Assembly (NCBI RefSeq): GCF_001194135.2
Contig: NC_068985.1
Span: 32,034,803-32,081,161, forward strand
Reading direction: 5' to 3'
Length of the DNA stretch: 46,359 nt
Source: Octopus bimaculoides
Taxonomy: Eukaryota
The notes under the pieces are model-generated. The model did no database searches and was not told the DNA's origin. It worked only from the letters and a program-made list of their open reading frames with translations. How positions within the stretch are numbered: the stretch's first letter is position 1; every line of letters begins with the position of its first letter. Below, piece by piece: positions 33,136 to 46,359 of this stretch. Both the position numbers and the translations under genes were made by a program.

Positions 33136-35294
33136 TTAAGAATACTGAGGCAAGATTATAAATTTTGCTTAATGACACAGCACAAAGGTTATAAAAATTT
33201 CATTGCTACAACTTTAGTCTCACAATGAGTGTGTAAAAATGTATTGAAAATTAAAATCAAAGAGTAAACAGTGCATTTATGTTCGAAATAGCATTAAACA
33301 AACATAGCTGAATATAAATAACTAATTCTATTGAGGTGTTTGATGGTAAATCTCCCAGAACCGTCACATGGTTTTTGTACATGGTCTTCACATAGATTTT
33401 GCTATTAATGACAGTTATTATTTTCAGAAGAAAAAAACAATTCACGATTGCTTTAGAATATTTAAGCTTGAGTTTGTTTATTTTATCAACTGGCTTAACA
33501 ATCACTGATAAACTATAGCATACATCACTTCGCTTTTCTTTTGTAAGTACTCCACTGACTGAAGTTGCAGCAGCATAGTTCACATTAATGTGCTTTTAGA
33601 TATTATTACTACAACATATTGATAAATGATGAATAGGGACTAACTGGGAATAAAAGGGTCAAACTTTTGACCATTTTTCAAGTAGCTTGTAGTATAAAAC
33701 AACACACAAAGAATGATATCATGTCTATGATAGAAAAAGACTGGTGAAAGACAATATCTGCTAAGAAACTAAAGGAATGCAGTAATGGTCCCAATAAAGA
33801 ATCAGCCTCGCAAAATGGTTAGTGCAAAAATAAATCTGTTATACTCAATGATAAAATAGGGAAGATCGAACAGACAGCTTCAGGACAAATCTTCAATAGT
33901 TGTATATAACAAAGTGATGCAGACCTGTGGAGAGAATGGATGAGAAATATGGTTGGAAAAAAAAAATGCTGTACATTAGTCTTGGAAAAAAAAATATTAG
34001 AGAAACCTTATTGCAAAAAAATGGAAATGATAAGGAAAATAGTTGAAGAAAGAAGTAATAATACTGATAGTTTAAAGAGCATGGGAGACCTGTTAAAATG
34101 ATGAGCATTTTAATAGAGTTATACTTGATGGATAAAGCCGTTTCATTATTTGATGACAGGGTTTCCTAGTTAGAAATTGGGATTCAATTCTGACATAATC
34201 AAGTTTAATAATATTATGAAATCAATGGCTACCACACTTTCAATGCAAATAACAGTGTAATCTTAGTGCTGACTACTAGTTATTAAATATTTAAAATTCA
34301 TTCAAGAACAAGTTTATTCCCAAAAAGAATAACAAAAAACACACACACACACACAACCAAACCAGAGAAAATCAACTTATTAGAAGAATACAGTAAAACA
34401 ATCATTATTAGTAAAGTTATTCCAACAAAAGGTATTTAAGGATTGGATGTGACCTAGAAGTGTTGTTTACTTAGAAGAATAGTTAAATTATATTATTTCT
34501 TGATATGTTAGGAAATTATTAAACAAATCATGCTATATTATTATATTTAAAATAAATAACTAGTTATTAGCTGAACAAATTAAAAATCAATTTTACTAAA
34601 TGAAATACACAAAATTATCTTTCGAAGAGAAACAAAATTCACATTTTATTGTTTGTGAAAGCTTTATATGAATGGTAATTTTCAAATGATTAAAATAAAA
34701 AATATAAAACAAATTTAAGAAAATCACATTTCTTCCATCCATCTACTATTCCATGTTGTCATAGATTGAAACAAATGAGTTTATTGGTGTAATGGCCTCC
34801 TCTAATGTTGGAAATAAGACTTGTTTCTCATCTAGTTAATTTAGAAGCAAGTAGATACACTTCGCCAAAAGATATATCATGATACCCGAAATATAATACT
34901 ACACTGTCCCAAGAATTCTAACATTTATCAGCTGGATCATTTAGCAAAAATAAAAAGGCAAGCCATAAGCTTAATTTATCATTTGCTTTGAACACTACCA
35001 TTTTATTATTATTATTTATTTTTTGGATAGACAAATCCACAACCTTATGAATTTTATTTGGCAGTATATAATGCTTATATATAAATACATACACACAGAC
35101 ACAAATGTGTTTATTTTTATGTATAGTTGTAAATAAACAAATCAAACATTAGATTTAAAAAATTCATTCAATACCTTTCTGTAGAATAACATATTTATTT
35201 CATTTTTACAGAGAAAAAGTAGACAGTTACTTTGAAGTAAGCATCAAACTTTCCCTTGTAAAAATATTACACGCATAAAAATGAGTGTGTGTGT

Positions 35295-35700
35295 ATATGA
35301 AAATATATATATATATATATACACACAATATGTATAAATATTGTATATATATATATACATACAAATAATATACATATATATACAATATATATATACATAC
35401 AAATAATATACATATATATACAATATATATATATACATACAAATAATATACATATATATACAATATATATATATATACATACAAATAATATACATATAAT
35501 ATATATACAATATATATATACATACAAATAATATACATATAATATATATACAATATATATATACATACAAATATACATATATATATATATACAATATAAA
35601 TATAATATAAAAGCAATATATATACACACATAAATAAATATTATACTATATATATATATATGTATATATAGTATAATATTTATATATACACACACACACA
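35295..35700. repeat. AT-rich minisatellite/microsatellite complex
   Basis: ~36-40-bp unit tatacaatatatatatacatacaaataatatacatata repeated about 6 times within (TA)n/(CA)n. Confidence 0.9.
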
Positions 35701-38700
35701 CATGAAAGAATGAGAGAAGTAAGAAGAGAGCGAAATTCACATTAACCATAACTGTTATTAGTTACTGCAACTGATATACAGTAAAAATATCACAGAAGCC
35801 ATAAATATTCTAGGTTTCTTGTTGGAAAGCTCTGGAATATGTCAAATTTAAGGAAAAACTGGGACTTTATTTCCCTCCACCTCAGCCACATGTAACTAAA
35901 ATGGAAAGTGCAATAAGGTTAAATGGCGTCATTGGTAGGAACCTAGAGGCATACACAATCTACATTTGTTTTTATCAAACAAAAACATAACAGTGCTCAG
36001 TACGTTTATGGTGGGACTGTCTTGAGTCTGATGTGTAGTAATTATGTTTTCAAAACCATGCTAAAGTTTTTCATTCAATCTCCAATAATTGCAGTCGTCT
36101 CAGTAGGTGAGTGGCTGATTAAAAAGCTTTCGGTAAACTAAAATCCTATACCCATACTGAACATGCATGCACACACACATACACCATTAAAAAGAAACTG
36201 TCTTCCTCCATAAGCAAGACAAAAATGAATAAAAGATAGTCTCTATGAAATATTCAATATTCTTTTTTCATGACAACTTCATTACTAGCCAAAGAATAAT
36301 ATTGCTACAAACTCTTCTACTCAGAAAATGGTGGAAATCTGTTTAAGGAAATAAAAATCTATGGCAGAACCCTGATTAGGCTAATAATTGTACCATATGG
36401 TAACAATGCCATCTTCTGTACAAAATATCTACACATAGATTGAAGAATTGTATTTGGGGAAAAACATTAACAACCAATACCTTCAATTCTTCAAATTCTC
36501 CAATAATCAGTGTGAAATGAGAAACATTCTTCATCTCAATCAATGCACTAATTTGTCAATTTATGAATATGATTAATGTACAAATTACTTTACAAATGAA
36601 TCGGTAAGATGTAGTTAAATTACTGAACATTCATTGTAAAAGGTTTATATATTTCCAAGCATTCTAAAATAAATACAAAGAACGTGGCAAGTTTGGCACA
36701 ATCAAATCAATAATATCAAGAAATACTGAAACCTGTGGGACAAACTCTTCAATAACTACAGCTAGGTCACTAATCTCAGCAACTTTAAGATAATTAAAAT
36801 TATCAGTATAAATTAAAATATACTTCTAGAAACCATAAGGTTGAAGATACAAACTAAAAAGTGAATTATTCAGTACAACTCATAAAACACTATGTCAGTA
36901 ATGGGGAAACTTAAAAATATGAGAGTTGTCCAGTTCTAGGAGGCAGAGAAATTTGCTCAACAGAAATATATAACAGGGACAGACCAAAACTAACTACCCT
37001 GTTAAAAAATTCTTTCTTTATTTTTAAAAATATACTAACTAGAAATTAACAGAAATGAAAGAAATAAAAAGATACCAGACATGTTTCAGACAAAAGTTGG
37101 TTTATAGTACAGCTTTCTTTCAGGTCAATCATTCCTGCAATTGTAGAAAAGTTTGTAAGTTAAAAAAAAAAAAAAAAAAAAAAAACACGGAAAGAAAACT
37201 GCAGTGGTGGTTGAGAAGCATTACAACAGCAGTAAGGCATGGTGTTATAGATGGATATGAATAAGAAAACAAAATAGTTGGCTTTTGAACTGCCAACATT
37301 GACAGCAAATTCCAAACAGTAAGCTCATATGGACAAAATATGTTTATTTATTTAAAAATTAATGATCCAATTATTTCTAATAATTTGTAGGTGTGATGCA
37401 AACCCAATCTACAATAGCAGGTGAAGATCCAGTCTGACTACATAAATGTCAAGATATAATTGCACTGAGGCGGAAAGGGTCACAAAATAGTAATTGACCA
37501 AAAACAGATGTTTGCCATAATGGGAATGGCTGAAAATCAGTGAGCTGCAGAAAAGCTGCCAAAGCAAATATCACTGGACTGCTAGGAGAGAAATATAAAT
37601 CTACATACATAGTCAGGGTTTGAATGGGGAGGGGAAATATTTTTCAAGTCTATTTACAAGAAGAAAAGCTGTTACATCCCAACTCTAAATGCATAGAGGG
37701 ATGTAGATAAGCAGTAGGGAATGTCCTCAAATATTAGGAACAGAGTTATTTCAATTAATCAAAATGTGGTAGGAATAGCGGAAGTGATCATCATGGGAGT
37801 GAGGGCAGCACTGAACAGGGTTAATAAAGCAGACTCACAGAATAATCAACAGATTTTCCCAGTCTTTTATGGTAACATCTGCTAAACAAATGACTGGTAA
37901 ATAATCTGTTGTCTCCACATTTCTTAAGAGCTTTGTATTATCAATTTATAAATAAAACTATTACATCTGGAAAATTTTCAAAACAAATCAACTGCCACTT
38001 TCCACAATACAAAAATTAAGTTACCTGCTTTTTCTCTTTAAATAAAAATTTAACTTCAGACTTTTTGTTTGTTTTTTTCTTTTTTATTTTTCATGGTACA
38101 TTAGACAAGAAATCTGGTGTTGCTGGGAGTAGATACCTATCATTCCATTTTTTGTTTTACTATTTCACTAGGTAAGCTTGAGTATTAAAAAAAAGTAGTT
38201 CTAAATAAAGTTGACAGGGAGCAATAAAAGCTAATTTTCTTTTGTATAGTAACTGAAAATAACTGGCAGTATGCAGCAGTTTCTGCATTGTTCTAAAACA
38301 GGAGCAACTGACTGTGATATATAACAATATCTGCTTGCACTGTAGTGTAATCAAAACAATATCAAAGGGACATAATCAAAAGCCCCAAAGAAAATAAATT
38401 AGAAAACTAACTCCCTGCCCTTGCTAAGTTTATTTGAAAAGAGAAAAAATGTAGATTCTTATAAATAAAGATCTTTTATAACACTTTTAATTATTGTTTT
38501 GAAAAGTCATATATTTAAAGACATTTACACACATTCACATATTTATGAGTATGTACATGTCTAGATATGTACATGTGTGTATATAGCCCTTAAAAGCTAT
38601 TTCTTGGAGAGATCAGCATTAACATTCTTCTGTCTTTTGTATATAATCTTTGTTCATGCATTGAAATAAATAAGAGATAGGGAATAAAATAGATTAAAAT

Positions 38701-39529
38701 AGAACTTGTTATAGCAGTTGAAGAGGAATGACAATATGGAAGGAATAAGAGAGATTGAGAGAAAGAAAGAGAAGGAGGAGGAGAGAAAGAATCAGAGGAA
38801 AGCAAAAGGGAGGGACTGAAGATATTTTCTTATATTTGTCTTTTTAAATGGTGTCTTGTTGCTGTTGTTGCAGTATGGGTGGGTGTGTTAGTTTAAGTAT
38901 TACTTACAAGCTGCTAACAGCAACAGCTACAATGCAAATGGTGACCATCAGTCAGTAGCAGTAAGAGAACACAACACCAGTGGAGGACAGAGACGACTAT
39001 TAACAATACAAACAGCCTCCCTCAACTGGAATCTCAAGAAAGAAAGAAAACAAAAACAAAAAGGGAAGAAACAAAATTAAAACAATGAGGGGGAACTTCA
39101 TAGCCCAGGAACACAGATTTTTTTCTTTTTTTTTTATGCCTGATACAGAAGGTCCTTTTTTGACTTCCATAACCATTTTGAAAGCCAACCACACATCCTA
39201 CTGTTTGGGCAGTAAAATCAACTCAAAATGGTACTAAACTGTAAAATGTTCACTTCTGTCATTGTAAACCATTTAGAACAATTAATAGTAGGAATAATGT
39301 GTTTTTGTGTGTATTGGTGTGCATGTATGTGTTTGCCTTTCTGGCTGTCTGTACTGGCAGTTTATAAACAGTTGCGCACAGCAGAACACAAAATGGATCA
39401 TTGTTTTACTTCTTTAGAGTCAGTTTTGTAATTTTTGTTTACAGACAGTAGAAGACGAGTCAGTGGAATTAACAATGGTGTTCTCAAAGATCTGAATGCT
39501 GGAAATGATCCTTTGAAAATCTTGTTGTG

Positions 39530-39717
39530 TCAAGCACTTCCACCAGCAGCTCCTGTGGCCCCTTGAGGAGTTGCTGCATCATTAGCTGCATTGGGCGCTG
39601 AAGCACTTTCTGAGTTCACAGGCCCACCAGTAGAAGTTGAAGCTTCATCAGAATTGGCTTGTCGAGCATGTGGCGGGATCAACATATTACTAAGGTGTGG
39701 TTGAAAAACTGTCAACT
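39530..39717 (-). CDS. GSK3B: GSK3-beta, last coding exon
   Basis: (E)LTVFQPHLSNMLIPPHARQANSDEAS...GAAGGSA*; LIPPHAR matches GSK3B; cag| acceptor with phase 1 matching the upstream exon. Confidence 0.9.
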
Positions 39718-40499
39718 CTGAAAAGAGAATAAACGAAGTGAAAAAATATTGTTCTTTTTATAAGAAAGTAAATTAAAAAAACAAAAAGATGATTTGTAAG
39801 ACTGAAAAGATTACAAATTTATGACTGGGTACAAGTTATTAAAAACTTCAGTTGTTATATTGGAATTAATATTAGGCCTAAACAAAGAGATTGATAAACT
39901 TCTTTTGCTACAGAAAATGTGTAAGAATCATAAAATAGAGTAGGAGTGACTAGCCATTTCACTTCATTTAACTTCCCTTAAAATTAAAAGTTCCTTGCCT
40001 ATTTTGACCAAGCAATAGGAATTCTTGAGACTATGGTAAGAAGTTACATCTGGAGACAGGTATGTTTGCTTTTCTTTAATTTTCTTTTCAAAATTTATTC
40101 AGCTATATTTCATTTACAACAGTAATAAATTAAGAAATATTATCATTAAATTTAAATTATAAATCAGCTGACTGCAAATAAAATCAATATTATATAGGGA
40201 AAGATATAAACATATGTAGCTGACATGCTTCAGAAATCTTTAAAAAAAATTGTGAAGTTTTACAACTTTATAAAATGACTGGACCATCTGCAGTATTTAT
40301 GAAAAAAAAAAAAAAAAAAAAAAAAACTAACGCTGGGTTGATCATTTAAAAAACATCTATATATGTACTTTTTATGTGTATTAAGATTTAGATACTTATT
40401 TTATATAAATTTCAAATAAAAATACTTGTAATATTTACAATGTGATGAAAATGTTCCATTTCCATAATTATATAAATACAAAAGAGTTAAAATACTAAC

Positions 40500-40686
40500 C
40501 TTGGGATGTAAAATTAAAAAGAGGAGGTAAATCTCGCCCATTAGGTAAGCGAGTACTTATATCCCTCAATTCATCAAAGAATGGATGAGCACAGGCATCG
40601 AGTGGAGAGATTCGAGAAGAAGGTGTATATTCCAACAACTTGCTCACTAACTGAATGGCTTCTGAAGGGGTGCGCGGACGAAACAC
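40500..40686 (-). CDS. GSK3B: GSK3-beta exon (kinase C-lobe end)
   Basis: [62 protein letters not shown]; 187 nt, AG/GT bounded. Confidence 0.96.
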
Positions 40687-41149
40687 CTGATTAAATAGTG
40701 ACAATCAAAAGACAAGTTTAATACTAAACAATTAACTTAATTGAAAATAAGTACAGTAGAAAAAATATATATAGAAAACATCAATCATTGACAACACACA
40801 CAATGCTACAATGCATAATTTTCCTTGTTTTTCAACAATAATTTTAGAAGTCAAAATTCTTTTCCATCCGTGATTTAAATAGAACCTTCTAGGATACTAG
40901 ACAAGCCAATAAAGGAATTGCAACAAGATTGCTCAATCTATTAAAAATAGCAGTCAAATCTTGAATAAAACTTTGTTATCAATAACAACAAAGTAAAACG
41001 AAAATACATTGGACATAATACACAAGGCAATAATGGTCATAGCTGGAATGCCTCTGATCATAGGTCTGGTTGATTAGGCTTGAAATAGGGCTAAATAATA
41101 ACACCAAAATAGGCTCAAAATATTTCATTGTGAATAATTCACAGAATAT

Positions 41150-41876
41150 CTGACGCATGCGTACGAACAACCATGCTACATGGCAGTGAAACATGGGCTG
41201 TAACTGCTGAGGACATACGTAAGCTCGCAAGGAATGAAGCCAGTATGCTCCGTTGGATGTGTAATGTCAATGTGAATACCCGTCAGAGTGTAAGTATCTT
41301 GAGAGAAAAGCTGAACATTAGAAGCATCAGTTGTGGCGTGCAAGAGAGACGATTGCGCTGGTATGGACATGTGGTGAGAATGGATGAGGATAGCTGCGTG
41401 AAAAAGTGCCACACCCTAACAGTTNNNNNNNNNNNNNNNNNNNNNNNNNNNNNNNNNNNNNNNNNNNNNNNNNNNNNNNNNNNNNNNNNNNNNNNNNNNN
41501 NNNNNNNNNNNNNNNNNNNNNNNNNNNNNNNNNNNNNNNNNNNNNNNNNNNNNNNNNNNNNNNNNNNNNNNNNNNNNNNNNNNNNNNNNNNNNNNNNNNN
41601 NNNNNNNNNNNNNNNNNNNNNNNNNNNNNNNNNNNNNNNNNNNNATAAAAGACACCATTTCGAGCGTGGCCGTTTTCGTGCGGGTGACACGTAAAAGCAC
41701 CCACTACACTCTCTGAGTGGTTGGCGTTAGGAAGGGCATCCAGCTGTAGAAACTCTGCCAAATCAGACTGGAGCCTGGTGTTGCCATCCGGTTTCACCAG
41801 TCCTCAGTCAAATCGTCCAACCCATGCTAGCATGGAAAGCGGACGTTAAACGATGATGATGATGATGATGATGATG
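41150..41876 (+). mobile_element. Young 5'-truncated RTE LINE in a GSK3 intron (antisense to the gene)
   Basis: DACVRTTMLHGSETWAV...ERRLRWYGHVVRMDEDSCVKKC; (GAT)n tail. Confidence 0.92.
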
Positions 41877-42199
41877 AATGTTTGTGTATCTGTTCATTCA
41901 TTGTCTGCTCTTCAATTGTAGCACAGGAAGGTTGAATGGAGGCTTTTCTGAGCCACAGCAGGATGCTTTCCCTGTTGCCAAACATTACCTTTTTATCAAG
42001 TAAGATATTTTTTTATTCCACAGGTCTTTCAAACAACAGAGAAACCAGTCATAATGTCAACACAAAATGTAAATAATATACCTCTGTTCTACTCAGATAG
42101 TAACAAGCAAAGCTGCAGAAAATCAACATTAGCACACATCCACCCATACATGCAAATAGGTTTCTGTTCAGTTTTTGTTTACATACTCAGCCTTTTGTG

Positions 42200-42408
<209 letters not shown>

Positions 42409-42477
42409 ATGTAACGGTTGAAGAGAAACAAATAAATATGCTTTGCAAAATGTTTAATGCTAGAGCATATCTAGATG

Positions 42478-42640
42478 AGCTGTGAGATAAACTGGGTTTA
42501 AGAAGAATCAGAAGTAGTGCACAAGAGAGACAAGCGTGTTGGTATGGACATGTAATGTATATGAATGGTAACAGAAGGGGTATAAGTGTACCAGGAGATC
42601 CAAGTAGAAGAAAAGTGTTGAAGAGGAAAACTAAGGAAGA
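42478..42640 (+). mobile_element. Old RTE C-terminal fragment
   Basis: DKLGLRRIRSSAQERQACWYGHVMYM, homologous to the RTE ORF end at 41300-41400. Confidence 0.6.
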
Positions 42641-43931
42641 CATAAACAGAAATGATTCAGGATAATAAACCACACAAAGGAATGCAACAAAAGATAAGAT
42701 ACTGTGTTGGAATAGAATGTCCAGCAAGGAAAACAAAACTGATGTGAAATGATATTGATGATAAGACACTGTATTGGAATATATAAGTGAGGGCTGGTAA
42801 CAGAAAGAGAGTCTGACCACAGAAAATCTGCTTTGAGATATTCCATTCAACTCATACAAGTATTGAAAAGTGGATATTAGAATGATGATACGTATATATG
42901 CAAGCAAGTTTCACACAATAATGATGATGCTGATGAAAGTAATTGAGGAGATAGATAAAGAAACTGAGGCAGTTAGAGTGTGACAGAATAATTAAGATGA
43001 AACTAATAGAAAACTAAAAGGCAACATTTTTATTTCCATATAGGCCTCACAGTCAAGACTAATAAACAGGACTGTTTTGATGAGCCCCTTCTGCAGACTA
43101 CATCAACAACAATTAACAATGTCAACTAACATGTTGACCAGTACTACATTGGCCTCACTGATATCCAGAGAGGCTATGGATAGTGTTCGAGAAGTGAGGA
43201 GGGTGTAAGCCTCCAGGAGTGCAATACATTTCAACCAATTTGGTAAGCACTAAGTCAGACAGATTTCATTTTCACTGAAAACAAGCTAGGTGAGCCATTG
43301 TAAGCACCAAAACCTTTCTTAGTAAAGAATGCACAACTCAACAAAGACTTTAGAGTCAGGAGTAGACAGACACAGAGACAGAAAACGTTATAGAGGAGTA
43401 AGATATAGAAGTTAAAGAACCTGCAGTTGATTATAGATTTATAGAAATTTTAATTGACATGTATAACTGCAGAAGTATTTAGATATCTGCTTTCTATACA
43501 TGCAAGGAACCTAGAAGCACATTATGAAACATTTCTATTTCTGAGACAGGTTGTGATTTGAGGAAATATGGCTCCTATTTTAGCAGGTGCACCAACTATA
43601 CAAACATACATAAAACAGTAAGCTGAAATTCAAATGAGATGTGGCTGCTATTTGCAACAGGTCAAGCAACTATATAAAAGCCAGGAAACATTATCTCAAG
43701 TATCCATTTTAAGATGGTAAGCCAACAGTAGTAGCAAGACCAACATTATCATGTATTCTTTTTAAGATGGCAGCATATGATTTTGATGGAGATTTGATTG
43801 CTATTTCTAACAACTTGGCAATTACTAGTGAATAACCTTTGTGTATGTGCTGTTATTCTTGTCAACTGTAGGGGGGCAGATATATGATTAAAGATATTGC
43901 AGCTAAGACCATGCTGTTATTTTCACATGTA

Positions 43932-44503
43932 CAAGGTGTCCCAAAAGTCACTGATGGGTTTCAATTTTTAATAACTTCCTTAACTTTACAAATAACTGCA
44001 TGAATGTGAAGGCCATTTGACATTGCCATTGTGAGAGATTTTTCTTTCTCCAAAGTACTGCTGTAGCAACTGCATTGTTTTTCTTGCATTATGAGCAGTT
44101 GCCTCATCTTACTGGATCCATGTGTGAGGTCTATTTTGAATGGCCTTCACGTGCTCCAGACTTGACTGGCTCGGACTTTTTCTTGTAGGGATACCAGAAA
44201 GAGACCAGAGACCCTGGTGCAAACTGAAGGAGACCATCAATAGAGAAATCAGAGAAGTAGGGTCTGAAACTCTTGAGAGTGTTATGGTGCAAATTTTAGA
44301 AAGAGCACGTGTGTGAAGCCGAAAATAGCTGCCATTTAAGTGATGTCATTTTTCATATGTAATGTAGTGGTGTTGCAAAATTTGACTTGTGCATATTAAT
44401 TTCCATTATGTCCTTTACATTGTATGAAAATTTCATGCATTTATTTGTAAAGTTAAGGAAGTTATTAGAAATTGAAACCCATCAGTGACTTTGTGACACC
44501 CTG
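43932..44503 (+). mobile_element. Internally deleted Tc1/mariner-superfamily element (~80-bp TIRs, TA TSD) in a GSK3 intron
   Basis: ta|caaggtgtcccaaaagtcactgatgggtttcaatt... / ...aattgaaacccatcagtgactttgtgacaccctg|ta; internal WPSRAPDLTGSDFFL remnant of the WPPRSPDLTPxDFFLWG motif. Confidence 0.88.
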
Positions 44504-45167
44504 TACTAGGAACCCAAGATTATGTATTCTTGTTTGTTCTGTTTGAGTAATGTGGCCAGTTGATATCAATTTTATGGAAACAGAAGGAATGAAAACAAAT
44601 TCTGCTGTCAGAAATACATTCACTTTTTAATCCCCATATATAAATAGCATCACTGCTGATAGTACTGTCNNNNNNNNNNNNNNNNNNNNNNNNNNNNNNN
44701 NNNNNNNNNNNNNNNNNNNNNNNNNNNNNNNNNNNNNNNNNNNNNNNNNNNNNNNNNNNNNNNNNNNNNNNNNNNNNNNNNNNNNNNNNNNNNNNNNNNN
44801 NNNNNNNNNNNNNNNNNNNNNNNNNNNNNNNNNNNNNNNNNNNNNNNNNNNNNNNNNNNNNNNNNNNNNNNNNNNNNNNNNNNNNNNNNNNNNNNNNNNN
44901 NNNNNNNNNNNNNNNNNNNNNNNNNNNNNNNNNNNNNNNNNNNNNNNNNNNNNNNNNNNNNNNNNNNNNNNNNNNNNNNNNNNNNNNNNNNNNNNNNNNN
45001 NNNNNNNNNNNNNNNNNNNNNNNNNNNNNNNNNNNNNNNNNNNNNNNNNNNNNNNNNNNNNNNNNNNNNNNNNNNNNNNNNNNNNNNNNNNNNNNNNNNN
45101 NNNNNNNNNNNNNNNNNNNNNNNNNNNNNNNNNNNNNNNNNNNNNNNNNNNNNNNNNNNNNNNNNNN

Positions 45168-45365
<198 letters not shown>

Positions 45366-45544
45366 TTAGTTATATTTTGTAACTTTAAAGTACAAAATTC
45401 CTGGTTATTGCACTTTTCTCACATGGAGTTGCCAATATGTCACATATATACATATATATCTATCTATCTATATATATATATATATATACACATATATATA
45501 TATACATATATATCTATATATATATATATATATATATTTTTTAT

Positions 45545-46359
45545 ATAGTTTCAGCTTAGAGCTGCAGCCATGCTGATGCACCGCTGTTTTGCTACACTGT
45601 TATTACTGAGAGCCTCCTCCAATATGTGGCACTTGGTGAAGAAAGGAGTTTGATTTAGCTACCCTCATTTGCCCCTCTTGCCGTGAGGTAGGTTCATCTA
45701 GGACTCTCGACAGGAAGAGGTCCAGCTTTGATTTAAAAACCCCTACATCTACTTTGTGCAGGTTCCTCAGGCTCTTTGGGAGAATATTAAAAAGCTGCAG
45801 GCCCCTGAAACCAAAACTGTTGCAGTAACTGGTCCTGTAGCGCAATGGCATTGCTGGGATCTTTGGCACTATGCAGTGTCGTCCCGTTCTGGCATTGGTG
45901 TAGCTTTCAATGCCAAAATTTGGCACAATTCCTTCCAGGATCTTCCAGATGTATATTACTGCATACCTCTCCCACCTTCTCTCCAGGGAGTAGAGTCTTA
46001 GCTGTTTCAGCCTTTCCCAGTAGCTGAGCAGTTGCAAAGAGACAATCTTCTTTGTGAATCTTCTCTGGATTGCTTCAAGGTCCACTGTTAATTTCACACT
46101 GGTGGGTGACCATAGCTGTGAGCAGTAATCTAGGGGGCTGAGGACGAATGTCCTCCAGAGGACCATCATGGTTTCCTTATCTCTGGTTCTGAATGTTCTC
46201 AGGATTCATCCAGCCAGTCGTCTGCACTTTGTCGCCATTCTGGTAATGTGCACTTGGAAAGGGGTATCATCACTCATGTCGATACCCAGGTCTCTCATTG
46301 ATTTAGGCTCTGGGATCGAAATTCCCTGCGGACCAGTGTACTCTGTAAGTTTCATATTC
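45545..46359 (-). mobile_element. CR1-group LINE 3' end in a GSK3 intron
   Basis: FVLSPLDYCSQLWSP...LEAIQRRFTKKI...YWERLKQLRLYSLERRWERY...WKIL; continues past the window end. Confidence 0.88.

Noticed and set aside
35227-35749. YI/CI-rich and RE/SL-rich ORFs (also 42168-42485)
   Set aside because: Translations of (TA)n and (GA)n repeats.

Overview
Eukaryotic, AT-rich, repeat-dense draft genomic DNA with 7 N-gaps. The SINE/RTE repertoire and TTAGGG hexamers suggest a cephalopod (Octopus-like); this is an inference. Two convergent spliced genes are missed or only partly shown by the ORF track. (1) A complete 4-coding-exon folate-receptor-family gene on + (join 9114-9263,13572-13754,14276-14414,16592-16896; 258 aa, signal peptide, 16 conserved Cys, GPI-like tail). 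(2) The 3' part of GSK3-beta/shaggy on - (exons 45256-<45168, 40686-40500, 39717-39530); one expected exon is not visible and is probably in a gap. The rest is mostly TE debris: RTE, CRE and CR1 LINEs, tRNA-SINEs, a full-length decayed mariner, a probable Chapaev-3 element with nested insertions, and piggyBac-, Tc1- and Merlin-like MITEs. The best non-obvious signals are a canonical PHD finger inserted inside the RT of the RTE LINE (2 copies), a minimal hammerhead ribozyme in a Penelope-type repeat, a family of GG-ended foldback MITEs carrying telomere-like hexamer and CpG-rich modules, a hidden caspase pseudogene fragment (QACRG to QAYYG), and substitutions in the folate pocket of the FOLR protein. 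I cannot demonstrate a wholly new biological system from sequence alone; novelty needs database checks I could not run.
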